Source of the DNA: an uncultured Nitrososphaerota archaeon
GTDB lineage: Archaea; Thermoproteota; Nitrososphaeria; Conexivisphaerales; DTJL01
Direction of reading: 5' to 3'
Length of the DNA: 64,000 bases
Assembly (NCBI GenBank): GCA_963772005.1
Contig: CAVYVS010000026.1
Span: forward strand, 1,945 to 65,944
Shown: one piece after another, positions 11,101 to 20,879 of the stretch
Numbering within the stretch: position 1 is the stretch's first letter
How the letters are laid out: every line of letters starts with the position of its first letter
Made by a program: the position numbers and the translations under genes
Notes under the pieces: model-generated
Told to the model about the DNA's origin: nothing
Seen by the model: the letters and a program-made list of their open reading frames with translations, nothing else
Databases searched by the model: none

Positions 11101-12871
11101 CGTCCCGTCGGCCTCGTAGAGCCATCGAAGGAACGCGACGACGACGCGATTTCCAGATGCCATGACCATTTCGGGGACACGTTTCGTCCTTAGAAATGCA
11201 AGGTTTGCCGAGACATCCTTGTCCGAGAGGTAGACGTAATGGAGATGGACCTTCCGTCCCTTCTTGACCGTCTCGGAGTCCCCCGGCTCAAACCCGAACA
11301 GGCCCTTCGCCAGGGCTCGGAGTCTGGGAAGGACGTCTAGTTCGGGCTCCGCCACGACAAAACCGAACCTATAGCCATCCTTGCAGACCCATCCATCGCT
11401 TAGCATGTGGCCAAGGAAGGCCCCCAACTCTGGCGTAACCTTTTCGGGGAGCCTGCGATGGAATTTGGGGCCGAACCTGCTTCGTACTATGGGCTTGAAA
11501 CCAGTGGGGATGAATCCCGTCACATTGCAGTGGTAACCTGCGACGACGGCGACACGATCGCCGACCTTGAACTGGTCAAGCCGGCGCCACTCCTTAATCA
11601 GATGCCCGTTCTCCTTCCGCACTGCCAATAGCGGATGGTTGTATGTCCCCTTGATGCTCTTCCCCGATTCTGTAACTATCTCCATGACGGGTTGTTTCCT
11701 GTCGACATGGAAGGTTGTGGCGAGCGCCCGGTGCCCTCCCCCGGTTCCAGTGAGAACCTGGGTTTGAATCTGCTGGAGATGATGGCTTCCCATCTGGCCT
11801 ATCTTGGCCATCCTTCCGTCGCCAAGGATTACCCTCTCGTCGGCGACAAGACAGCCAGGATCACCCGACCATGAGACAGTTCACGTCTCCCCTGATGGTC
11901 GTGCCGTCCGGGAGGACGCCCTGCGGCGCCCCGGTGACCATGAGGAGGACCGCCTCCTTCTGTGTCTCGAAACCGTAGATCGAAGGGGCGATGGAGTTGA
12001 TCAGGCGCTCGTAGGCGTCCGGGAGGGAGGCGATGCGCTTGATCTCGGCTTCATCCTCGGGGTTTATCTGAATCTGGTCGGGCTCCTTGCCGCTCACGTC
12101 GGTGTAGTTGGTCTCGAGCCTCGTCCTGAAGACGGTGAGTTTCCCCCTTCCCTATGGCCGACTCGGGCTCGGCCCTGACTATGCCGGTGACCACGACCCT
12201 GTCGCCGGGCCTGGCCTTACCCACCATCTCTCCCACGATCTCGGCGTCGATGGAGGTGGGGAGCTGCCCAGGGGGGAGCTCCTCGGGAAGCTCCTGGATG
12301 CGAATCACCTGGTAGTCGGTGAACTTCGAGTTGGCCTTGTCCAGCTCCAGGTTCCTCGACTCCTCGCACTCGCTGCATTTCGTGGGCGATTTCAGGAGGG
12401 GGCCGGCCTGGGGCACGAGGGTGAGGTGGCCGTTGGGGCACCTGAAGGCGGCTACCAGGGCCAGAGGCTGCACCTCAGAGGTCCTGACGACCATTCCGTT
12501 TATGGCTACGAGCCTGTCGAGGTACTTCGCCGCTACCGCCCTTAGGGGGAGCTTGTCGGTGATCCCCTTGATTCGGACTTCCAGCTCGTCCCTCTTGTCG
12601 TCGGCGTAGACGGAGTTCTCCGTCTTCACGGCTTCGTAGGCAGCCTCCTTGAATGCGGGAATGATGGAGTCTGGCCTCTGGATGAGTGGCGATGGCCAGG
12701 TCCGTGTCGAAGGCCAGGAGGTCTTCGTAGTCCACCAGCACTGAGGCCTTTCCCTCGGCTATCATCTGGGCTATTCGTGATACGGTACTTCGGCGCCCCG
12801 TCGGGTCCCTGGAAGCCCTTGAGGAAGAACTCCAGCTGCTCGGAGATCTTCGCCTGAGACATGGATGTCAA
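8101..12871 (-). CDS. mcm: MCM replicative helicase interrupted by two inteins; N-extein has four frame disruptions
   Basis: TTG start at 12871. Zn motif CPNGH...CSEC. Walker A GDPG/TAKS is split by intein 1. Walker B CIDEFDKM is preceded by intein 2. Also SRFDL and a C-terminal winged-helix-like tail. Frame switches at about 12775, 12687, 12143-12147 and 11864-11866. Spliced length about 680 aa. Confidence 0.92.
8962..10569 (-). mobile_element. MCM intein 2 (536 aa) with LAGLIDADG homing-endonuclease domain
   Basis: Starts CLHPDTRLVF after ...DQGVA and ends ...NGVIVHN before CIDEFDKM. Block B KVTKDHLLL. LAGLIDADG-like YVCGFVKGDA and FLAGLMDSDGYI. Boundaries checked at codon level. Confidence 0.88.
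10741..11853 (-). mobile_element. MCM intein 1 (371 aa) with LAGLIDADG homing-endonuclease domain, inserted in the P-loop
   Basis: Starts CLVADERVILGDG after GDPG and ends ...ANGIVSHN before TAKS. Block B GTYNHPLLAV. LAGLIDADG motifs FLGHMLSDGWV and FLRWLYEADGTV. Boundaries checked at codon level. Confidence 0.88.
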
Positions 12872-13431
12872 GGCTTCTCTTCACCCAGTACCAGCGAGCG
12901 CCATTCGGATACGAGGTCCCTGATCTCCCTGTAGAGCAGGAGCTCCTCGGGGGAGAGGAGGATGCCGTGGGCTCCGGCTGCGAGGTGTAGCCGCGCCATG
13001 GTCACCATCTTGACCATCCTCGTGGTCACCAGGTCTTGGGTGCTGACCTTGATCTTCTCGTAGTGTGGGTCGTGGGGGTTCCGCTTCTTCGGAGCATCAT
13101 CAGGTGCCTGCCTCAATTTGAGGTAGAGGTCCTTGGTAAGCTGTGACGGCTGCGTTGGGTCCTTGGAGCTTCTCTCGCTGGAGGGCCCTGAACAGCTCGG
13201 CTTCGACTCCTTCCTTCGTTAAGGTTGACCAGGTTCTTCTCCTCCAAGCACCTCTGCCACCCATCGGGGGACCTCCACCACTTCGCCCTCTGAGACCTCC
13301 TGGAGGGTATAGGTGCTGAGCTTGGCCTCCGGGATGTCAGTCCTCGCGGTGACCTTCACGGGGGACATCAAGAAGGATGCCTCCCTGTTCTTCACGAAGG
13401 TCCGGAACTGCTGCAAGGAGTCCTTGGGCAT
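12868..13431 (-). CDS. GINS subunit (beta-rich domain first, helical domain second; Gins23-like order), at least one frame disruption
   Basis: EVVEVPRWVAEVL in ORF 13219..13431, then EAELFRALQRERSS...LTKDLYLKL...LLSPEELLLYREIRDLVSEW in the frame of 12868..13116. It lies directly upstream of mcm, as gins23 does in Sulfolobus. Assignment made by eye only. Confidence 0.5.
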
Positions 13432-13576
13432 CTTGTTTTCTGAAGGACATAAGCATCAGGGTTAATTAACATGACATGTCTGTCTCGTAAGCTTGCGGGG
13501 ATAAGGGGCTTTCGGACGGAACACGCTACAAACCGCTTATCTTTATTAACGCTCGGGGTTTGGTATTAGGGCGGTT
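13432..13576. promoter_or_regulatory. Divergent promoter region between GINS-mcm and rfcS
   Basis: AT-rich islands in a GC-rich genome. TTAATTAA at 13463..13470 is about 35 nt from the GINS start. TTTATTA at 13543..13549 is about 30 nt before GTG 13577. Confidence 0.4.
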
Positions 13577-14552
13577 GTGAGAGGCATGGAGTACGACGAG
13601 AGCCTAATGTGGGTGGAGAAGTACAGGCCGCAGGTCCTGGGCGATCTTGTGGACCAGGCGGACATCGTGGAGAGGCTGACGGCCATCGTCAAGAAGCCCG
13701 ATGACATGCCTCACCTTCTTTTCACAGGCCCCCCCGGGTCGGGGAAGACCACCGTCGCCAATTGCCTGGCCAGGCAGCTCCTGAAGGAGTATTGGCGCGA
13801 TTTCACCCTTGGAGCTCAACGCTTCGGACGAGCGCGAAGATAGATGACGTGCGGACGAAGGTGAAGGTCTTCGCCATGCATACGGACAAGAGGGCGGACA
13901 TCCCCTTCAGGATCGTCATGCTTGACGAAGCGGATCCATGACGAACGATTCTCAGACTTCCTTGAGGAGGATAATGGAGGAGTACTCGAAGACGACCCGT
14001 TTCATGTTGACCGCCAACTACTCCTCGGGGATAATAGATCCCATCGCAGAGCAGGTGTGCCGTGTTCAGGTTCACGAGGCTCCCCGATGCGGACGTTGTA
14101 AACTGCCTTGGAAACATATGCGAACATGAGGGCGTCAAGGCCACGGATGGGGCCCTTGAAGATGGTCTACGAGCTGACCGACGGGGACCTGCGGCAGGCG
14201 ATTAACCAGCTGCAGACGACGGCTTCTGTCGGGAGAGGTGAACGAGGCCAACGTGAAGAAGGTCTATGGCGTGTCCAAGAGGGCTTCGGTCAAGGAGATG
14301 GTGCAGCTGGCCGTGAAGGGGCGAGTTCAAGAAGGCCAGGGAGGTATTGGTCGGAGCTGCTTAAGGTCTATGGGATGCCCGGAGGCGGACATAATGAAAT
14401 ACATGTCTCCAGGACGTCTCAGACATCAAGGGTGTGGACCAGGCCAAGGCCGCGAGGCTGATGGCGGACTACGACTTCAGGCTCCTCGAAGGGGCCCACT
14501 CCGAGATCCAGCTGACGGCCCTGCTGGCCGAGCTGACCACGGTGACCAGTGA
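13577..14552 (+). CDS. rfcS: Replication factor C small subunit, spread over 11 frame segments
   Basis: In order: [123 protein letters not shown]...[17 protein letters not shown]. End set at the out-of-frame TGA 14550..14552. Confidence 0.85.
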
Positions 14553-14553
14553 G

Positions 14554-15819
14554 GTGCCCGGGACGAAGCCTCTCCGAGGGATAAGAGACTATTCGCCGGA
14601 GGAGCACGACAAGCTCGAGGGCCTGAGGGGCATCTTCGTCGAGATGGCCAGGCTCTACGGCTTTAGGCTCATGGAGCCGGCGCCGCTCGAGCCCCTCGAG
14701 ACCCTGGAGGAGAAGAGCGGGCCTGGGGTCCGCGAAGAGATATACCACTTCAAGGACAAGGGAGACAGGGAGATAGGCCTTCGTTTCGACCTCACGGTGG
14801 GGTTGACCAGGTACGCCTGCTTCGATCGGGCCGCCTCCCTTCCCATCAGGTTGGGGAGCTTCGGCGGGGTGTTCAGGTACGACGAGCCCCAGCACGGACG
14901 GTATCGGTGGTTCTACCAGTGGGACGTGGAGACCTACGGCTCGCCCCATCCGGAGGCCGACGCCGAGATGGTTGAATTCACCAGCCAGCTGCTGTCAAGG
15001 GCAGGCCTGAAGGAGCACGTCGTCAAGATAGGGGACAGGCGCCTGGTCCAGGAGTTCATAGAGAAGAAACTGGGCTTCTCGGGCGACAGGGCAGTGGAGC
15101 TGATGAGGGCCCTAGACAAGGTCGACAAGAAGGCCAGGGAGGAGCTGAAGCAGGAGTACGGAGCGAAGGGATTCGAGCCGGAGAGCCTCGACAGGCTCTT
15201 GGACTTCGGCGAGCTGGAGGGCAGCCCCGAGAAGGTCCTCTCCAGGCTCCAGGAAGAGTCGCTGGAGTCGGCGTCGAAGCTTGGCGAGCTAATGGACGAG
15301 CTGTCCGGGGCCGGCGCGAAGGTGGGGCTGAGCGTCAAGATCGTCAGGGGCATCGACTACTACACTTCGACGGTCTACGAAGCCTTCGACCTGAAGAGCC
15401 CGGAGCTCGGGGCGTTGGCAGGGGGAGGAAGGTACGACCTCCTTCCCTCCATCTTCGGGAGGAAGGACCTACCGGCTACTGGCGTGGCCGGAGGTGCTGA
15501 GAGGCTGTTGCTGGCCCTCGAAGGGGGAGGTGGCAGCGCGGATAGGGCGAGGAGGCCGGTCTACGTGGCCGCGGCCAGCGGGATGCTGAGGGAGGCGATC
15601 GCAGTGGCGTCAGGCCTTCGGTCTGCTGGCATCCAGGCCGTCACTGACCTCCAGAGGCGGACCCTCGCCAGGCAGATGGAGGAGGCGGTCAGGGCGAAGG
15701 CTTCGAAGGTGGTCATCGTAGGCCCTGCCGAATTCTCCCACGGAGAAGCGGTGGTCAGGGACATGGACACCCGAAAGGAAGAACGGCTGAAGCTGGACGG
15801 GCTGGCCAAGGCCCTCTGA
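14554..15819 (+). CDS. hisS: Histidine--tRNA ligase
   Basis: KPLRGIRDYSPEE, LYGFRLMEPAPLE, motif 2 FRYDEPQHGRYRWFYQWDVE, motif 3 GGGRYD, C-terminal anticodon-binding-like domain. Start taken as GTG 14554 (GTG 14542 is also possible). ORF 14434 carries the RFC tail in the same frame. Confidence 0.9.
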   Translation: MPGTKPLRGIRDYSPEEHDKLEGLRGIFVEMARLYGFRLMEPAPLEPLETLEEKSGPGVREEIYHFKDKGDREIGLRFDLTVGLTRYACFDRAASLPIRLGSFGGVFRYDEPQHGRYRWFYQWDVETYGSPHPEADAEMVEFTSQLLSRAGLKEHVVKIGDRRLVQEFIEKKLGFSGDRAVELMRALDKVDKKAREELKQEYGAKGFEPESLDRLLDFGELEGSPEKVLSRLQEESLESASKLGELMDELSGAGAKVGLSVKIVRGIDYYTSTVYEAFDLKSPELGALAGGGRYDLLPSIFGRKDLPATGVAGGAERLLLALEGGGGSADRARRPVYVAAASGMLREAIAVASGLRSAGIQAVTDLQRRTLARQMEEAVRAKASKVVIVGPAEFSHGEAVVRDMDTRKEERLKLDGLAKAL

Positions 15820-15885
15820 AGCCGGCGCGATTTCAGCACCCATTATATACATCTCGTCCGATAGCAGGCGCAAAGGCACAGTGTT

Positions 15886-17782
15886 TTGCTGGCAGTTGTG
15901 TGCATCAAGCAGGTCCCCGATACGACAGAGATCAAGATCGATCCAGAGAAGGGGACCCTGGTGCGCGAAGGCATCCCAGCCGTCATCAACCCGACGGACC
16001 TCAACGCGACCGAAGAGGCCCTGAAGCTGAAGGACTCGTTCGGAGCCAAGGTGGTGGCGGTGACCATGGGCCCCCCCAGGCCGACGCGGCACTCAGGGAG
16101 CTCGTCGCCATGGGGGTCGACAGGGCCGTCCTGATAACCGACAGGGCCATGGCGGGAGCGGACACCTACGCCACCAGCTATGCCCTCTACGCGGCCCTCA
16201 GGAAGCTGGAGGAGCAGGAGGGGCCCGTGGACCTTCTGTTCTTCGGCAACAAGGCGCTGGACGGCGAGACGGGCCAGGTCGGGGCCCGGGGTGGCGGCGA
16301 GGATGGGCATCCCCATCATAACCTACACCGTGAAGCTGGCCGAGGTCAACCCCGAGGGGAGGTACGCCGTGGCCGTCAGGAGGGCAGAAGACCTCGTCGA
16401 GACCATCAAGGTCGCAATGCCAGCGGCCATCTCGGTGCTGGAGGAGACGAACCATCCGCGGAGGGCTAGCCTCGATGGGATCTTCAGGGGCGGAGAGGGC
16501 CAACGTCGAGCTGTGGAACAAGGAGACCATCCAGGCGGACCCGAAGAAGACCGGGCTGGCCGGCTCGCCCACCATCGTGAAGAGGATGTTCATACCGAAG
16601 CCCCGGGGGAGGGGGGAGATCTTTGACGGTAGGGAGGACCCGGCCGAGGCAGCGGACTGGCTGGTCGAGAAGCTGGCCGGGTTGAAGGTCTTCGGCGGAA
16701 GCGGAGGCCCCGGGGGGAGCCCCGCGGCTCAGGAGGCGGTGCAGGCGGTGGTAAAGCACGACCCCAAGATGGAGAACAGCGGCGTGTGGGTCTATGTGGA
16801 GCAGAACGAGGGTCGGGTGGCCGACGTTTCATGGGAGCTCATGGGTGAGGGACTGAAGGTCGCCAAGAAGCTGGACACCCAGCTCGAGGCGGTGGTGATC
16901 GGCGACGGCGCCCGTTGGATGGCCGAGGAGGCCCTTCAGATATGGCGCGTCGAGGGCCTACCTGGTCCAGCATCCCCTCCTGAAGCACTACAGGACGTTC
17001 CCCTACGCAAAGGCGTTCACGGAGGTGGCCAAGGCGAGGAAGCCCCAGGTGATAATGATCGGGGCCACACGCAACGGGAGAGACCTTGCGGGCATGGTGG
17101 CCACCAACCTGGGGACCGGGCTGACCGCCGACTGCACCCAGCTGGACGTGGAGCCGGGGACCGGGCTAATGCTGCAGATCAGGCCCACCTTCGGAGGGAG
17201 CCAGCTGGCGGTCATCATGACCCCAAAGCACATGCCGCAGATGAGCACGGTGAGGCCCGGGGTCTTCCCCCGACCGGCAAAGGGGGAGGGGAAGGGCGAG
17301 GTCATCGAGTTCGAGACCACCCTGAAGGAGGACGAAGTCCCGACGAAGGTCGAGGAGTTCAAGTGGGTGGAGAGACGGGGGATGGTGCAGGAGGCCGACG
17401 TGGTGGTCTCAGGAGGGCATGGGCCTAAGCTCCTCGAAGAACTTCCAGTTGGTCGACGACCTGGCCGCGGCCCTTGGGGGGGCCGTGGGAGCCTCTAGGA
17501 AGGCGGTGGAGTCGGGGTTCGCCGACAAGGATAGCCAGGTGGGGCAGACCGGGAAGACGGTGAGGCCCAAGCTCTACTTCGCCGTGGGCATCTCCGGGGC
17601 CATCCAACACCTCGTTGGGATGCAGGGGGCCGAGACGGTCGTGGCCCTCAACCTCGACCCTGACGCGCCAATCTTCAATTCGTGCAACCTCGGCGTGATC
17701 GGAGACGCCCTGAAGGTGGGGCCGGTCCTCCTCGAGGCCATCAAGGCGAAGGGATTGGGGTCTCAGGAGGATCGAGGGTTGA
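15886..17782 (+). CDS. Electron transfer flavoprotein beta-alpha (FixA-FixB), apparently fused, five frame disruptions
   Basis: Beta part: [41 protein letters not shown]-rich linker. Alpha part: [65 protein letters not shown]. Switches at 16071-16077, 16281-16284, and about 16485, 16940 and 17415. Confidence 0.85.
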
Positions 17783-19065
17783 CGGACAAGTTCGACGCCG
17801 TGGTGGTGGGAGCCGGGCCGGCGGGGACCACGGCGGCCTACACCATGGCAAAGGCCGGAGTGAACGTGGTGGTCATCGAAAGGGGGGAGTTCCCCGGAAG
17901 CAAGAACGTCATAGGAGGGGTGCTTTACATCAAGACCCTCGATGACATCATCCCCGGGTTCTGGAAGGAGGCCCCGCTTGAAAGGAATGTCGTGGAGCAC
18001 TCGTACTGCCTCATGGGGAGGAGGGACTTCTCCACCATCAAATACAGGCACACGGGCCCCATGGAGACCCCCAACGGGTTCACCGTCCTAAGGTCGAAGT
18101 TCGACCGCTGGTACGCCAAGAAGGCCGAGGACGCCGGGGCGACCATCATAATGAAGACGAACGTCACCGAGCTGCTCAAGGAAGGAGGAAAGGTGGTGGG
18201 GGTGCGGACCGACAGGGGGGACCTGAAGGCGGACGTGACCGTGGTCTCGGAAGGGGCGAACACCATGCTCTCCGAAAAGGCAGGGCTTATCTCCAAGCCC
18301 AGGCCGGACCAAATGGCGGTGGCCGTAAGGGAGATCATCTCCCTCCCAGCCGACAGGATCTCCGAGAGGTTCGGCCTGAGGGAGGGAGAAGGGGCTGCCA
18401 TCCACTACATAGGCTCGGCGTTCAAGGGGCTGGTGGGCTTCGGCTTCGTGTACACGAACAGGGACTCGCTGTCGGTGGGCCTCGGGGCCACGATCTCCAC
18501 CATGATGAAGGCGAAGGTCAAGCCCTACGACCTGATGGAGAGCTTCAAGGCGGAGCCGTCGGTGGCCCCCTACATCGCCAGCGGCCTCGTCAAGGAGTAT
18601 CAGGCTCACATGATCCCGGAGGGAGGCTACGGCGGAATGCCCAGGCTTGCCTCCGACGGGGTGCTGGTGGCGGGCGACTCGGCCATGCTGTCCAACCCGA
18701 TCACCGGGGAAGGGGCTGACCTGGCCGTGCTTTCGGGCAAGCTGGCAGGGGAGACGGCAGCGCTGGCAGCCAAGGCGCGAAACTTCTCGGTCGGATACCT
18801 GGACATGTACAGGAGGGCCTTGGCGCGTTCCTTCGTCCTGAAGGACATGAAGAAGCAGGCAGGGCTGCTCCGCTACATCGAGGAGAACATCGACATCATC
18901 GACGGGTATCCCGAAGCGGTGAACGCGGCGCTGGAGGAGTGGTTCAGGGTGGACGGCGCGACCACAGGACAGAAGGTGAGGAGAATAGGAGGCATCGTTA
19001 TATCGAAGAGGAGGCCCGCGAAGCTGATCCGGGACATCTATACGTTTCGGAGGAAGTTGGTTTGA
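17779..19065 (+). CDS. fixC: FixC-type FAD-dependent ETF-quinone oxidoreductase
   Basis: TTG 17779 with AGGAGG at 17765..17770, 8 nt upstream. FDAVVVGAGPAGTTAAYTMAKAG dinucleotide fold. 428 aa, typical for FixC. ORF 17419 joins it in frame to the ETF alpha tail. Confidence 0.88.
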   Translation: MTDKFDAVVVGAGPAGTTAAYTMAKAGVNVVVIERGEFPGSKNVIGGVLYIKTLDDIIPGFWKEAPLERNVVEHSYCLMGRRDFSTIKYRHTGPMETPNGFTVLRSKFDRWYAKKAEDAGATIIMKTNVTELLKEGGKVVGVRTDRGDLKADVTVVSEGANTMLSEKAGLISKPRPDQMAVAVREIISLPADRISERFGLREGEGAAIHYIGSAFKGLVGFGFVYTNRDSLSVGLGATISTMMKAKVKPYDLMESFKAEPSVAPYIASGLVKEYQAHMIPEGGYGGMPRLASDGVLVAGDSAMLSNPITGEGADLAVLSGKLAGETAALAAKARNFSVGYLDMYRRALARSFVLKDMKKQAGLLRYIEENIDIIDGYPEAVNAALEEWFRVDGATTGQKVRRIGGIVISKRRPAKLIRDIYTFRRKLV

Positions 19066-19325
19066 GGCTGGAAGAGAAGCTCTACCTTCTGCGCCATGTC
19101 GTCGACGAGAAGTCGCACATCAGCGTGGACGAGGAGAAGTGCGCCCAGTGTACTGACAAGTTCTGCCTGGACATATGCCCGGCCAACGTCTACTCCTACA
19201 ACGACAAGAAGGTCTTCATCGCATTCGAGAACTGCGTTGAGTGCGGCACCTGCAGGATCGCCTGCCCGTTCATCAACTGGGTGAACCCCCTCGGGGGGAC
19301 CGGCATCTCCTACAGGTTCGGCTGA
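19062..19325 (+). CDS. fixX: FixX ferredoxin-like protein
   Basis: TTG 19062 overlaps the fixC TGA (TTGA), with GGAGG 8 nt upstream. CAQCTDKFCLDICP and CVECGTCRIACP cysteine clusters. 87 aa. Confidence 0.85.
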   Translation: MRLEEKLYLLRHVVDEKSHISVDEEKCAQCTDKFCLDICPANVYSYNDKKVFIAFENCVECGTCRIACPFINWVNPLGGTGISYRFG

Positions 19326-19492
19326 AAGCCGGCCGGGTCGCGCCTCACTTATCCGAACCCCGGCCGCCATCGACCGCAGGGGTCTCATCCCCCAGGTGCG
19401 GAATTGGGGGAGCGTGCGCCGAATATCGACGTCGTCCCATGCGGCTTCTTTATGACAAGGCTTTTCAATGAAGGGAGAGCCTTAATCCCAGC

Positions 19493-20830
19493 TTGAAGGA
19501 AAAGCGGATCGACATCAGGGTGCCTCCTCCGGGACCCAAGGCCAAGAAGATAGTGGGTCGGACAGAGAGCTCCCTTTCTCCATCATTCTCGAGGTTCTAT
19601 CCCCTTGCGGTTGACAAGGCCCACGGATGTCTGGTGAAGGACGTCGACGGGAACACCTACATCGACATGAACGCCGGCCTGGCGGTGCTGGCCGTAGGCT
19701 CGACCCCGGAGCCGGTGGTCAAGGCCGTCAAGGAGCAGGCGGAGAGGTTCCTGCACTATTCGTACACCGACTTCTACTATCAGAACATCGCCGACCTGGC
19801 CGACAAACTGGTGAAGATAACGCCCGGCGACTTCCAGAAGCAGGTGTACTTCGGAAACAGCGGGGCGGAGGCCACTGAGGCGGCCATGAAGCTCACACGA
19901 TATCACACGAAGAGGCCCCGATTCCTCGCGTTCACGGGGGGCTTCCACGGGAGGACCATGGGTTCCGTTTCCCTCACGGCCAGCAAGCCGAAGCAAATGG
20001 AGGGCTTCTCCCCACTCGTGCCCGGGGTCACCCACGTTCCATATCCCTATTGCTACCGATGCCCCTTCCACCTGAGCTTCCCCGAGTGCGACTACTATTG
20101 CGTGGACTTCATCGGAGAGCAGGTGCTCGACAAGTACGTGCCCCCGGAGGAGGTGGCGGCCGTGTTCTTCGAGCCCATCCAGGGGGAGGGTGGCTATGTC
20201 GTTCCACCTGAGGATTACTTCAAGCGGCTGGAGAAGTTGCTCCGGCCCTACGGAATACTCTTCGTGGACGACGAGATCCAGTCTGGAATAGGCCGGACCG
20301 GGAAGTGGTTCGCGATAGAGTACTTCGGAGTGAAGCCGGACGTCGTGCTGATGGCGAAGGCGATGGCGGCGGGCCTGCCCCTCAGCGCCATGGTCGCAAG
20401 GAAGGAGATCATGACGTGGGGGCCGGGATCCCACGCGTCGACATTCGGCGCGAACCCCGTGGCAACGGCCGCGTCCCTGGCCACCCTCACCATGATCGAA
20501 GACCAGAAGCTCATGGCTAATGCCACGAAGGTGGGAGGCCACATCCGGAAGAGGCTGGAGGAAATGGAGGAGAAGTACGAGATAGTCGGGGACGTGCGGG
20601 GAAAGGGCCTGATGATCGGGGCCGAGATAGTGAAGGACAAGAAGAGCAAGGAGTTCGGCACCGATCACGTTGAGAAGATACTGGACTACGCGTGGAGGCA
20701 TGGGGTTCTGCTGATCAGCTGTGGGAAGTCGACGCTCCGCATAGTGCCTCCGCTGATCATCGACGAAGGGACCGCGGACGAAGCCATGGAGGTCGTCGAG
20801 GCCGCCGTGGCAAGCGAGAACTCAGCCTGA
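19493..20830 (+). CDS. Class III PLP aminotransferase (4-aminobutyrate / acetylornithine aminotransferase-like)
   Basis: GNSGAEATEAAMKL, FHGRT, VDDEIQSGIGRTGKWFA, MAKAMAAGLPLSA (PLP lysine context), STFGANP. Uninterrupted 445 aa. Confidence 0.88.
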   Translation: MKEKRIDIRVPPPGPKAKKIVGRTESSLSPSFSRFYPLAVDKAHGCLVKDVDGNTYIDMNAGLAVLAVGSTPEPVVKAVKEQAERFLHYSYTDFYYQNIADLADKLVKITPGDFQKQVYFGNSGAEATEAAMKLTRYHTKRPRFLAFTGGFHGRTMGSVSLTASKPKQMEGFSPLVPGVTHVPYPYCYRCPFHLSFPECDYYCVDFIGEQVLDKYVPPEEVAAVFFEPIQGEGGYVVPPEDYFKRLEKLLRPYGILFVDDEIQSGIGRTGKWFAIEYFGVKPDVVLMAKAMAAGLPLSAMVARKEIMTWGPGSHASTFGANPVATAASLATLTMIEDQKLMANATKVGGHIRKRLEEMEEKYEIVGDVRGKGLMIGAEIVKDKKSKEFGTDHVEKILDYAWRHGVLLISCGKSTLRIVPPLIIDEGTADEAMEVVEAAVASENSA

Positions 20831-20879
20831 GCCCGACGCCGAGGAACTCTTTATCTCGTTTGGATGGCTAGGGTCTAGC

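Noticed and set aside
13432-13576. A possible replication origin in the AT-rich spacer between GINS-mcm and rfcS.
   Set aside because: There is no orc1/cdc6 gene adjacent and no repeated origin-recognition-box-like elements. The AT-rich islands are adequately explained as two divergent TATA boxes.
14434-15819. Apparent RFC-small-subunit/HisRS fusion protein.
   Set aside because: Only the last ~36 RFC residues are in the hisS frame. A TGA (14550-14552) followed by GTG 14554 gives a normal stop/start pair one frame away, and the rfcS region has ten other frame errors.
17419-19065. 548-aa ORF that would fuse the ETF alpha C-terminus to FixC.
   Set aside because: FixC begins at a TTG (17779) with AGGAGG 8 nt upstream. 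A TGA overlaps it in the adjacent frame (TTGA), as at five bona fide gene junctions. One more indel in an already indel-rich gene explains the read-through.
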